A stretch of DNA of 64,000 bases. It comes from Schmidtea polychroa. Taxonomy: Eukaryota. Position numbers and translations under genes: made by a program. Below the pieces are notes generated by a model. It was not told where the DNA came from, made no database searches, and saw nothing but the letters and a program-made list of their open reading frames with translations. The stretch spans positions 30,258,001 to 30,322,000 of the forward strand of contig CM097885.1 of NCBI GenBank assembly GCA_044892525.1. Direction: 5' to 3'. This document shows positions 1 to 10,789 of the stretch, in pieces. How positions within the stretch are numbered: the stretch's first letter is position 1; each line of letters starts with the position of its first letter.

Positions 1-252
1 AAATATTATTTTTTAATAAATTAATAAGGTCTTTTTTCTTTAAATTATACTGAGTTAAATGATCCCTGTGTTGATGATAAAACTCCATGTATGTTACAGT
101 CTCGGGGTTCATACAAACAGGGCAAATAAAAAAGATGGTATGATTATGGCTATGCTTGTAATATTTTTCCATTATGAAATCACAATCATCATGTAAAGAA
201 CTATTACAATAATTTTGATATTTTGAGCCTGAATGAAATCAAAGGTTTAAGA

Positions 253-303
<51 letters not shown>

Positions 304-339
304 TATTATTATTATTCTTATTATTATTATTATTATTAC

Positions 340-412
<73 letters not shown>

Positions 413-512
413 GTTATTATTATTATTATTACTACTATTATTCTTATTCTTATTCTTATTCTTATTATTATTATTATGATTATTATTATTATTGTTATTA
501 TTATTATTATTA
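253..512. repeat. (TAT)n microsatellite
   Basis: Near-perfect trinucleotide run; it explains the poly-Y/poly-I ORFs. Confidence 0.98.
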
Positions 513-798
513 CTTCAATAAATAAATTATACATATATTTTTATCAAAAAGATAAATTGATTGTAAATATATTTAACCTATTACATAATAGTTTAAACAT
601 ACTTAATACAAAATAAATTATTGATGAAAATAAATTTAACCTGTTACATAATAGTTCATTATTATTATTATTCAAATATATTATAATTATTGTATTTAAA
701 GTATTAATTATTAAGTATTAAAATAAAAACATTTATAAATCCTTTAATAAAACCTTATAAAATCATTAAAAATCTTTAAATAATAATAAAAATCTTAC

Positions 799-1154
799 AT
801 TTAACTTTTCTTTTTGATATTTTGCAATCATTTTTTCCATATGCATTACTGTGCGCAATCAAATTGTTACCATTATTATTGTTATTTGTACTTGATTCAT
901 TCATATTTCGTCCATTTATGCTGCATCCATTCATGTTGTTTATAATAAAATCTAAAAAGAATAAATAATTATAAATTTAATAATAATAACGAAATACCAT
1001 TTGTCATGTTTTCAATGTTATTGTTAGAGCTTTTGTTGAAATTTCGATTAAGTCCTATAAATTATATCAATAATAATGACAAATAAATAAATAAATAAAT
1101 CTTACCATTCTTGACACTGTTTCCGCTTTGGCTTCCTTGATTATTTCTTGACAT
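799..1154 (-). CDS. Putative spliced Asn-rich small protein (exons 1154-1106, 1054-998, 951-799)
   Basis: ATG downstream of a TATA/Inr. Removing GT-AG introns of 51 and 46 bp (both phase 1) keeps the frame open: MSRNNQGSQSGNSVKN-GLNRNFNKSSNNNIENMTN-DFIINNMNGCSINGRN... A further GTAAG donor lies at 798. Confidence 0.55.
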
Positions 1155-1187
1155 TTTGTTGAGTTTAAAATTTTAGGTATATAATAA

Positions 1188-1330
1188 AAGTGATGGCATA
1201 TTTTTAAACATTGCTTTATATATCATAAATTGCGTAATATGTATTCACCCAATAGAAATTGAGAATATTACATGCACACGCACTGTGAAATATAATTTAC
1301 ACACACTGTGAAATACTTTTCACACATTGG
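1188..1330 (-). promoter_or_regulatory. Pol II-type promoter (TATA + Inr + CCAAT + short repeats)
   Basis: TATATAAAG at 1222-1214, TCACTT at 1193-1188 (~30 bp spacing), CCAAT at 1249-1253, CACTGTGAAATA at 1281 and 1304. Confidence 0.55.
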
Positions 1331-1471
1331 GAAGCAAAACTTACACACATTACAAAATAAAAATTTCACACAAACTAAGAGAACATGATATACATGCATT
1401 TAAACTGCAATCTTAATGCATATGAGTAATAACAAAATTAATAATAATATAATTTTTAATCAAAATCTTTA

Positions 1472-1875
1472 TTAATTTTTTAAATAATCTAACACAGCAA
1501 TTAAACAATTTTTGTAAGCACAATTAGAATGATCAGGGTAAGGACACAAGATATTATCAGGAAAATATTCTGATAATTGGAATGAATATTTTATTAATCT
1601 TAAATTTGGGAAATAATTTTTCAAAACTGTAAGTTTATCTTGATATAGAAAATTCCACTTGTATCTTCTACATCTCTCAACGAAATTCACCTTCATACCA
1701 TTCCAATCGATCTAAATTTTCATGTCCAGCTCAAAATGGTAAGTCATTAAATAACCAATACTTTGGGCGTAAAATATTATTTACATTCATAATACATAAT
1801 TCTTTAATAATTATTCCACCAGCATGATCATTATAACCAACAAAGTCAATAAAATAATAAGAGATTTTTATTAAT
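1472..1875 (-). pseudogene. Polinton-associated DEDD/RNase H-fold-like protein
   Basis: Manual translation gives YFIDFVGY...IIKELCI...LEWYEG, then a stop/frameshift into ORF 1472..1696 ending C-x4-H-x2-CA-x2-N. This pattern resembles a small conserved Polinton gene. Confidence 0.6.
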
Positions 1876-1879
1876 AAGA

Positions 1880-2245
1880 TTTATTAAACTACATCGTTTA
1901 TACATATAACATTGAATTTAACTATGCAAGGCAATGTTGACCACATGATTGAGTTATTGGATTTTGATAAAGAATTTTATTATACAGAAGGGCTTTACCA
2001 ATTGTTTGTAGTTTTGTTGTCATTATATCTGGATAATAATATCCCATCGGATCAAAAACATGTATTTTATCAGGTTTCACTTATATTGCAATCCAATGTT
2101 CTCCTCTAAGATTTGATGATTGAGTATTGACGACTATAGCTTGGTTTGCGTTCAGATCGGGGATTTTATCTAATGGGAATACACCAGTAAACTGATTCCC
2201 CAACAACATTTTTCTAATTCGATTAACCTGAATAGAACTAATCAA
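1880..2245 (-). pseudogene. Adenain-type cysteine protease (Polinton PRO)
   Basis: Minus-strand translation FTGVFPLDKIP...IVVNTQSSNLRGEHWIAI*...VFDPMG...YQNPITQSCGQHC shows the His/Asp/Gln/Cys motifs with internal stops. It is absent from the ORF track. Confidence 0.88.
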
Positions 2246-2344
2246 ATAAAATTAATTAGTAATTAAAAGCTTACTCCATAATAATTTGTTTCAATTGTTT
2301 AATTCATTTATACTACGTTTAAACCAATAATGTTTGAAATACTT

Positions 2345-3561
2345 TCAAACCAATACTGATCGACTTGCAGTAATTTGTAATTCTCTTTCGAAAACTCCGT
2401 ATACTATTACATAAACTCGAGTGATTTATTAAACTTTACACTCAATTTTAAATTTCCTTGTTGTGGTAATTGACTTTGATTCAAATCAAAATCTGGAGAC
2501 AAAACAAATATAAAGAATGGATATTTATCTTTAAAATCTTCAAGTGTTATCCCACAGTTCATGTTTTTATACAAATACCCCAGATTTCTCACAATACTTT
2601 GCATATACGTTGCAGTATAATCATTTGTGTCAAAGTTTTGTGTATATGTCTCTCGATAGTCACTATTTTTGGCTAAAGTGGTTGATGTAATATCCAAATG
2701 TTTAAAGACTGAGCTGGATTCCTTATATGTTCCCTTAAATTGAGATTCAGTTTGAAATGCCACTAAGACGAAATTTGGTAATCTTTTATCAATAAATAAT
2801 TGTTCCTTGTAAAATGATGATGAACCTTTACTGATTGTAAAGTTGACAGTTTCTTTACTTCTAATTGGATATATAGCATTTTAAGAATTTAACCCTATTT
2901 GATGCCCTGCTAAAACTGATGGTTCAACTCGAACTCTACGAATCATTGATTTTGCTTCCAATATCTTTATCTTTGGTTCATCTGTTAGCGAATGTATACT
3001 GAATGATGATAGGTTTCTTTTCATTGTTACATTAACATTAACTCCTGGAAGTAAATATTTTGATTGATCCATAAAATCTATTTTCAATGACGAACATAGG
3101 GAAACTTATTTAGAACCGGCAATTAATGCTGTTCTTTCGTTATCAGATGGAATATAACCCATAGGAGCCAGACAAATGTTTTTACTATCTCCATTATAAT
3201 TTAAAATAGTTTCAATTAAAGCTTTTTGTGTATATCTTCCGTTTCCACCTTCAATCTTTTGACTATTGAGTCCAACAATAACATCACTAAAAAGTGTATG
3301 GAACAAGTAATTGTTAGCTTTTGCATCTGAAGTAACCGGCAATTCCGTTCCATTATTATTTGTAACCTTTAATTTAATGTAGAGTAATGTATCATTCAAA
3401 TCGAGATATTCAGTATGAGAACCAGTTATCTTGAATTCAATATCGCTTTTATTATCAACAATTGAATTAAATGGGAATACGTCTTCAAATGTCGCATATT
3501 CTATAACCGCCTGAGGAGTCGGTCGATCAAAAATACATAATTCAGTTTTTCCACAAATCAT
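2345..3561 (-). pseudogene. Major capsid protein (double jelly-roll), fragmented
   Basis: KTELCIFDRPTPQAVIE...IEFKITG...YLDLNDTLLYIKLKV, then QSKYLLPGV, then GNLKLSVKF...VYGVFERELQIT across ORFs 3106..3561, 2881..3087 and 2407..2763. Confidence 0.9.
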
Positions 3562-3945
3562 TTTTCGAATATAGAAGGACGTCCTGTCATTCGTTTGTTT
3601 ATATACCTTCGATGTTTTCTTCGCTTAGGCTGTGGTTCAGACTCATCAGATTCTGACGTTTCATTTGATCCCATTACATTTGGTAATGAAGAAATCACAT
3701 CTGGTAATGCCTCTTTGAATTCAGATATGGCATTAGATTTTAAAGATAGTAATATTTTTGCATTATTCATTATTACATTTTTAGCTGTTTTCATACCAAA
3801 ATTTCTTATACGTTTAAGAATAGAGAAGAGCAAACCGACCAATAGTTTTTAACCATCCAGATCCATATTGTTTGCCAACAAAATAGGGTAATTCGCCACC
3901 AGTTTGACTATTGGCATAAAGAGAAACTATATCAGGATTAGACAT
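3558..3945 (-). pseudogene. Small virion core-type protein (adintovirus 'gasderminX'-like), frameshifted
   Basis: Reconstructed N-terminus YANSQTGGELPYFVGKQYGSGWLKTIGRFAL with QxGG/QxGxG motifs, a basic C-terminus, and a position between the minor and major capsid genes. Confidence 0.65.
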
Positions 3946-4957
3946 CTTGTTTTCTAAAATGTAAAGTTACGTGTGTTTTTGAACCGTTTGCAAATCGGAT
4001 TAAGTTTCCACTATCATCGCGTATATTAATTTCTTTATTGTTTATACATGTTCTCCCAACTGGTAAATACATAGGATTTTCTATTTGTATTTGCACAACT
4101 TCATCTTGCTCATATTTCTTAATCCACACCTCTTTCAGAAGAGGGACCAGTGAATCACCAACATTTATCGGATCAATAATATCGTTATAGATGAACATTT
4201 GTTGATGGTGATTAAATATTTTTCCTTTACGAACTCCACCAAATTGTTTGTCATTATATAATTGTTTTTGTAATCCAAATGTGTTGACCAAGTTTTTATC
4301 AAATATAACTTCTTTAATGTTTTCACCGAGACTGAATTTGAAGACATTTTCATTCAGTTCAACAGACTTGAAAATATGGGGGCAATTATTTGTTAAATAG
4401 TTGGTTAAATCTTCAAGCTTCTTTATGTATAAATCATCAGTAAATGTGAAAACTGAATCTTGTAAACAATTGTATGTTAACTTCATTCTAATTACATTAT
4501 TCATAATGCCATCAACATACGGCGGAATTACAATTTGAAATGTATCAGTGTGACTTATAATTGTTGGTTCAGGAACTCCTAATCTTTTTACGCTTGCTGC
4601 ATCTTCAAATGTTATCTTGAATGGATGGTAATCGCAACAAATATTTAAAACTCCCTTGGTAATATACATGTAACAATCATTATTTAATTCTTTTATTGGC
4701 ATTTCATCATCTTCGGGTTCAATAACATAAAAGCTGCTAACTGATTTCGGTACAATTTCTTTATATTCAATCTTAGAATTACTGTAAAATGGAAATGTAT
4801 TGTACACAAATGTGTAATCAAGCAAAGCAACTTCCCACATGTCATGCAGGTAAATGGGATTTTGTAACTCAACGATAAATTTACTAGCCTCATTATTCGG
4901 ATGAATTAATGGACAGCTATTGCTTGGTAAAATAGTGCAAAAACTGTTTCTATTCAT
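3938..4957 (-). CDS. Minor capsid protein (penton)
   Basis: N-terminal ILPSNS...WEVALLD and C-terminal IYNDIIDP..VGDSLVPLL...IRDDSG..IRF...VTLHFR motifs; uninterrupted 339 aa. Confidence 0.88.
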   Translation of the reverse strand: MNRNSFCTILPSNSCPLIHPNNEASKFIVELQNPIYLHDMWEVALLDYTFVYNTFPFYSNSKIEYKEIVPKSVSSFYVIEPEDDEMPIKELNNDCYMYITKGVLNICCDYHPFKITFEDAASVKRLGVPEPTIISHTDTFQIVIPPYVDGIMNNVIRMKLTYNCLQDSVFTFTDDLYIKKLEDLTNYLTNNCPHIFKSVELNENVFKFSLGENIKEVIFDKNLVNTFGLQKQLYNDKQFGGVRKGKIFNHHQQMFIYNDIIDPINVGDSLVPLLKEVWIKKYEQDEVVQIQIENPMYLPVGRTCINNKEINIRDDSGNLIRFANGSKTHVTLHFRKQDV

Positions 4958-5990
4958 TCAATTTGAGATGCTGATATCCAAGTTGGGTTTTGATATCCAT
5001 GCCATTTGACGTAATATTGTTTATCCTTACCTTTATATTTTGATTTAAGAATTTTGTCAATTCTAAAGACAGATGGTGTCGGAATAACTTGCAGTTCCTG
5101 TTCGTAAAATTTACCCTGGATTTTATTATTATCAATATCTTTAATAACATACATAACGGACTCTGTTTCGTATTAATCTTCAATATTTGAAAGACTTCGT
5201 CACTCCAGTTGTTGTCAAAATTTTTAATGAATGGTGAAGCCGATATTTTACTTATTCTAACATGATCACCAACTTTATATTTAGGTTTTTTAATTTTTGT
5301 TACATCTTGTTGTGATAATAATATTTTCATACTATTTTTAGATGTTACATCAATCGGTCTCATATCCTTTAGACCTCCATGTTCGGAATGATAGTAACTA
5401 TGAATTATTTTCGGTAAAACATTTATCCAAGTTTTGTTACCTCGATGTGCAAAATATTTTTTCAATCGATCTCTTAATGTTTTATTAAACCTTTCCACAT
5501 GAGCAGCTTTGAATTGTGAAAAAAACAGAGTAATGATTTATTCCCTTTAGATTTTCTTTAACTTTACTATTATAAAATTCTTTGCCCAAATCAGTTTGTA
5601 AATTATCTGGTTTACCATTTTTAAACATTGTTTTTATTGCAACAGCCATTTCACTAGCAGATTTAGTTTTCAATGGTATAGCTCGAGCAAATCTACTAAA
5701 GACATCAATACATGTCAAAATATATTTGTAACCCTTATTAATTTTAGAAAATGGAATCATTTCCATTAAATCCATTGGCCATAAATCATTAATACCATAT
5801 GTTTTATATGCTCTTGTGGGAAACCGTTTCAACATTGGGTTGTTTAAACTGTATGCCAGTTGACTCGACAACCATTTTTGAGTCTCCTTTTTTGATTTGG
5901 GTACTTTTTTCTTTAACTTTTCGACTCCACCGAAACCGGCCGGATCTTTTGGGTTTGTCCATATCTTCTCAATTACAACACGATGATTTA
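4954..5990 (-). pseudogene. Retroviral-like DDE integrase with C-terminal chromodomain-like region, frameshifted
   Basis: PAGFGGVEKL; WPMDLMEM...YILTCIDVFSRFA; LQTDLGKEF; AAHVERFNKTL; YYVKWHGY. Split over three ORFs. Confidence 0.93.
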
Positions 5991-6071
5991 AAATTTAGAA
6001 TAAGGTTTGGTAAATGTCCCATAGGTAATTGACCCATTGTTTATGATGATGATATTAAAATAATTCAACGT

Positions 6072-6403
6072 TTATGAAGGCACACCTAATAAACCAGATC
6101 CACCTAATAAAGATAATGCGATTGGTATCAAAGCTGATATAAACCCCCTCGCTGTTTGTATATAATTTTTCGCATTATCCGTTTATTTTTTGTATTTACT
6201 AACGATAAAAATGATTTTTTATGGTTTTGCAATACAAGTTTTTTCGCTTTACTAATGTCAACATTGCCACGCACAACATTAACAATAATATCAAGCAAAT
6301 TGTCCACAACAAATTGTGGGAATGACTGTAAAATACTTCTTCTTTTCATGAGTGGTGCTTTTATCAATGCATTAAAATATGGTATACTACGTTGTAATTT
6401 CAT
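6072..6403 (-). pseudogene. Small basic Polinton core-like protein, frameshifted near C-terminus
   Basis: NVVRGNVDI..AKK..L..HKK...IIYKQRGG, then shifted FISALIPIALSLLGG. This is typical of the small gene beside the Polinton ATPase. Confidence 0.7.
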
Positions 6404-6629
6404 TATTGAAATTTATTTTTTATCGTTTAATTTTGTTTATAATTTAATCCATTTTTAGGTGTTTTGATTGATCTTTTCATCAACTTTTTCTTTACAGAAT
6501 TCTTTACTATCTTTTTTACAGATTTCTTTACATGTTTCTTTACACGTTTCTTGACATTATTCACTTTGACTAATTGATTATCATATTTAATTAAAACTTT
6601 CTTGAACCCAATTTTTTATTATAATAGAT

Positions 6630-7259
6630 TCATAATTTAATTTTGTTTATAAACTGTTTACCATCTTTATTAAAAATATCTGTCCTAATACGTACATCAT
6701 CCATGCATTGTTGAGTAAAATCAAAGAATAAATATCCATGGGGTATTTTGGTTGCATCTTGAAATGATTCAATTAGAAAGTTACGATTGTTTGGATATGC
6801 TTGTCTTGCAATGAAATCAATAACAGTTGCATCCCTCGGATTTTTGAAAATAACGAGATATTTAACATTCAAGTTCCGAGTTCGATGACTCCCACCCTGA
6901 TGAAACAGATTTTGTGTTATAAAAATAACTGTTACACCTTGATGTCGAGATATTTTTGTAAATAAATTATTAAAATCTTTTTCTTTGTTAGCTTCTTGAT
7001 ATAAATCATCAATAATAATTACATCACCCTGTTGTAATCTAGATGACCAGTTTTTATCAAATCCTTTTATTATTGTCATTTTTAATTTACAGAATTGTTC
7101 TTGCGTCAAACCATGTTCGTCATCAGCACCCCTATGCCAATATATTTTATTGAATTTTGACTTGAACATTTTTGATTGTAATAATTTACAAACAAATAAA
7201 GTTTTACCGCTACCGCTTGGACCTAGAATTTGATAAACAGCATCATTTCTTAATTCCAT
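6630..7259 (-). CDS. DNA-packaging ATPase (FtsK-HerA/A32-like)
   Basis: Walker A GPSGSGKT, Walker B VIIIDD, SRH..VTVIFITQNLF, FKNPRD, PHGYLFFD. Confidence 0.93.
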   Translation of the reverse strand: MELRNDAVYQILGPSGSGKTLFVCKLLQSKMFKSKFNKIYWHRGADDEHGLTQEQFCKLKMTIIKGFDKNWSSRLQQGDVIIIDDLYQEANKEKDFNNLFTKISRHQGVTVIFITQNLFHQGGSHRTRNLNVKYLVIFKNPRDATVIDFIARQAYPNNRNFLIESFQDATKIPHGYLFFDFTQQCMDDVRIRTDIFNKDGKQFINKIKL

Positions 7260-7342
7260 TTTAAAAAATTATTTATATATTAATATTGTTTATATTTGTT
7301 TTAATTCATCAGTTTACTTGATGAAAAATTATTTGAAAAAAT

Positions 7343-7777
7343 ATGATTAGTAATATAAATTATAAAGGTAGATTTGATGTATCTCATATGGAATTTCCAA
7401 AAGGTAAACCACAACAAATTGTTGACAGAAGTGGTAAACATTCAATAATATTTTTCAAGTCAGGTAAATGTCGAATAATGGGATGTAAAAAATCGATCAA
7501 AGTTGAAGATTTAAAATATGAAATCAAGGATTTACAAATTCAATCAATTACAGTTACTGCTGATATTGAATCAAATGTTATTTTAAATGATTTATCAAAG
7601 TATATGAAATGTATTTACGAACCAGAAATATTTCCGGCATTAAGATATATAAAATACAATCCAATATGTGTTAACATATTCAATAGTGGTAAAGTAGTTA
7701 TACTCGGTATAAAGACATTGGATTATCATTTACTTGTTTATAAAATTATTAAAGATATCAGTAAATTAAATCAGTAA
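7343..7777 (+). CDS. Element-encoded TBP-like protein (divergent, shortened)
   Basis: Two TBP-type repeats: IIFFKSGKCRIMGCK and YEPEIFPALRY...VNIFNSGKVVILGIK (compare TBP LIFSSGKMVCTGAK and YEPELFPGLIY...LIFVSGKVVLTGAK). Confidence 0.88.
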   Translation: MISNINYKGRFDVSHMEFPKGKPQQIVDRSGKHSIIFFKSGKCRIMGCKKSIKVEDLKYEIKDLQIQSITVTADIESNVILNDLSKYMKCIYEPEIFPALRYIKYNPICVNIFNSGKVVILGIKTLDYHLLVYKIIKDISKLNQ

Positions 7778-7843
7778 TTGATGACATGGAATTTTTAAAA
7801 TTTTTCCTAAACTAAAGTTACAATCGTCCATGCATGAAACCAA

Positions 7844-8239
7844 TTGGTTGATGGTGTGTATCGAAATAAGAATATATACAATAACACTTTAATCATTTAT
7901 TTAGTAATATTTGAGAATGTCAAATTTAACTGTAAATGGTATATTTTGATTATTGCTTTTTATATTTATAATTTTAAATGTTTTAGAAAAAAAGATACAG
8001 ATTCTGATTGGGAAAATGGGGAGTTATATCCGAATATTTTAAAGAATCTAATCTATTGGGCACCAGAGATTATTCCATTCAGAATATGGATGTCTACCGG
8101 AATAGATTTGAATGTGGTCTTATTTGATCACTTGAGGACGTTAGAAGACGATCTTGACCCTGTTGACAGCCGCAAGCCATCAGTATGCCCATACAAATAC
8201 GAAGGATGTGTTGATAGAGAGAAGAAGTATAATATATGA
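7844..8239 (+). CDS. Hypothetical Polinton accessory protein (5' part uncertain)
   Basis: Coding-like composition from ~7987; a possible 48-bp GT-AG intron lies at 7939-7986; no recognised motif. Confidence 0.35.
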   Translation: MVDGVYRNKNIYNNTLIIYLVIFENVKFNCKWYILIIAFYIYNFKCFRKKDTDSDWENGELYPNILKNLIYWAPEIIPFRIWMSTGIDLNVVLFDHLRTLEDDLDPVDSRKPSVCPYKYEGCVDREKKYNI

Positions 8240-8473
8240 ATATAAGGAAAAAATTGAGAAAAGCTGACTTTTCATTAATTGTAGATTACTAATAAATGTT
8301 TAGTTATTATAATACAGTGTTTTCTAATTTATATTGTTACTTGTGATAGTACACTATTTTTATATTACATGTATAAAATTAATTATATAATTTTAATATC
8401 ACACTAATTAGTACACGTTTTAATTAACTAATTTGCAATACATCTGCAATACATATGCAAACCATGTATGACT

Positions 8474-8630
8474 CACATACAAAGGTCACATACAAAGGTC
8501 ACATACAAAGATCACATACAAAGGTCACACACGAAGGTCAATGACACATGCATGTTATTTGCAATACAAATGCATTAATTTGATTGGTTATACACAAGTA
8601 TAAAAGAGAGATAAAATGACATCAGTCATT
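8474..8630 (+). promoter_or_regulatory. 13-bp tandem repeat array plus TATA/Inr promoter
   Basis: About five copies of CACATACAAAGGT, ATTGG at 8583, TATAAAAG at 8599, TCAGTCATT at 8622-8630, ATG at 8641. Confidence 0.6.
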
Positions 8631-8780
8631 ATTTTTAAAAATGCAATCCAAGAAGAACGTTTTTGGTGAGAAAACATTTTCTAATTTATTGAAAGAAACA
8701 AGCCCAATTAAAAAAATAACTGAGACGAAAAAGCATGCCATTCTTAGCATGCCAAGAATGATGTGAAACCAGTACAAATG

Positions 8781-9774
8781 TGAAGAAGTTGATGCTTATC
8801 CACTATCCTAAAAAGAATTATATAATTCATTGGAGACTTCTCCAGCTTTATCTAAATATTGGGGTAAAGGTCACTAAGATTCATCGCGCTATACAAAATT
8901 ATATAGATACTAACACACAACTTAGGGCATCATCAATAAACACATTAGATAAAAATTATTTTAAACTATTAAACAATAGTCTATACGGTAAGACTGTCGA
9001 AAACCTAAAGAAACGAATTAATTTAAAACTTTGCAATTCAGCCCAAAAGGTTTTAACATATTGTTCTAAACCTAATTTCAAAAGGACTACTAAAATCAAT
9101 GACGACTTAATATCTGTTCTATTAAGTAAAGAATTAATATGTTTAAATAGACCAAGTTATATTGGTCAATCAGTTTTGGATTTATCAAAACTTCGTATGT
9201 ACCAACTTCAGTACATTAATTTAGAAAAATATCGTATAGAATTTAATTGTAAAATTAATATAGTCGCCGGGGATACAGATTCCTTCTTCTTAGAAATTAA
9301 AAATTGCAAATTAAATTCTCTTTTACCAGCAATGATAAGGGATAATTTATTAGATACCCCTAATTATGAGCCAACGCATTCATTATATTTAAAAAACCTT
9401 GACTCTGTAATAGGGAAATTTAAAGATGAAAGCAAGGGTATGATGAATGGATATTTTTAAGACCAAAATGTTATAGCATGAAAGGTAGTAAGGGATGTAT
9501 GAAAGCGAAGGGAGTCACAATGAAAGATACTGGACTAAATCATCAGTCGTATCTGAATTGTTATAATAATATTGAGATTTATACGGTACCACAATTTAGG
9601 ATAACGAGTAAAAATCATCAACTTTTCAGTATTAAAAATAATAAGAGGGCTTTAACTAATGCTGACGATAAGCGCAATTGGGTACTTAAAAATAAAAGTT
9701 ATGCGTATGGTCATTATAGGGGGATGGTATGGTTATGGCTGATGATTCTGATGAAGAAATTTTGCTGCCAATAG
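8781..9774 (+). pseudogene. Protein-primed family B DNA polymerase, C-terminal half only
   Basis: KLLNNSLYGKTVEN, GDTDS, IGKFKDE, frameshift to LRPKCYS..KAKGV, DDKR, YAYGHY. The exonuclease and motif A regions are absent. Confidence 0.93.
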
Positions 9775-9967
9775 TTGATCCAAATGCAGATTTGCTATAT
9801 CATCCTCATTTTCCGAATGATGATGGTTGTCAATTAATAAATTTTATGATAAAAAAAATATGTTTTCATTCTATTTTTAAGCGTTACAAAATTTTTATTT
9901 TGTTACTTGTGATTGTACACTATTTTTATGTTATAGTATTTTTATGTTACTTGTTATAGTCAATCAG

Positions 9968-10422
9968 TTTTTTGTGAGAAAACATTTTCTAATTTATTGA
10001 AATAAACAAGCCCAATTAAGAAAATAACTAAGACGAAGCATGCCAAGAATGATGTGAAACCAGTACAAATGTATCATAACCATAAGATATATTTCTTGGT
10101 AGACGAAATTTCATATAAATTCTCAAATGCAGTCAAATTGATCAAGTCGCAATATTAAAGTTTCATTGCTCATATAACAAAAGAAGATGTTGTTGCAGTA
10201 AATAAAGTGTTGGGGAAAATCAATAAGAATCTAAGTTGCAATGGAAATATAATCATCAACAATCGAAATTCCCGTTTTCATGATGCCTTTGAAAAAATTG
10301 AATATAAAGATTGGGAAAGCTGGTTTGTAAATATTTCAATACAAGGATATAAAATGGATGATAAAGATGTCATATCACCGATTTGGAGATTAGATAGTGC
10401 TCGAATTTCTCTGGGATTTTAA
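9968..10422 (+). pseudogene. Polinton accessory gene of unknown function (its 5' end is duplicated at 8641-8780)
   Basis: 9968-10071 repeats 8659-8780; the reading continues through one stop into ORF 10207..10422. Confidence 0.5.
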
Positions 10423-10789
10423 TAAATGTTTAGTTTTTAATACATCTTTTAATGTGTGTTTTAATATAATTTTTTACTATCATAATGAGTTTTCTTAAGT
10501 ATAGATGAATAATTTGGATTTTTAAAAAGTTGAAAATACGTCTGTATGTAAAATTTGGCTGAAAAAGACATTTTTTAAGGTGTTATGATTATGACTTTGA
10601 AGTAAATAATGATGTCATTTTGTAGAGATTAAAATTCTATCTATATATTGTTTGAATGAAAATATCTCAATTTGTTTAAAAAGATGTGTGAATTCAAAAA
10701 TGGTGTACTAAAAATGAAATTTCAGATTTTTGATTACGTCATAGTCTCATAGTATATTGACATAAAAATTCTTATAAAAAAATTAAAAT

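Noticed and set aside
223..534. Poly-Tyr/Ile/Leu/Asn ORFs here and at ~19.8, 20.2, 35.5, 36.2, 46.8, 49.9 and 53.5 kb
   Set aside because: They are translations of microsatellites.
1912..2109. Plus-strand 65-aa ORF
   Set aside because: It is antisense to the protease pseudogene. The same applies to ORFs at 2470, 3595, 5799 and 6156.
6426..6655. TTATAAACAAAATTAAA before two virion ORFs as a late-promoter motif
   Set aside because: Only two clear instances in very AT-rich DNA, and a similar string precedes the kinase; not distinguishable from chance by eye.
7343..7777. Calling this the host TBP gene
   Set aside because: It is too divergent and short, intronless and embedded among viral genes, so no gene symbol was given.
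8474..8540. Repeat array as a CRISPR
   Set aside because: The 13-bp units are contiguous with no unique spacers, no cas genes are present, and the context is eukaryotic.
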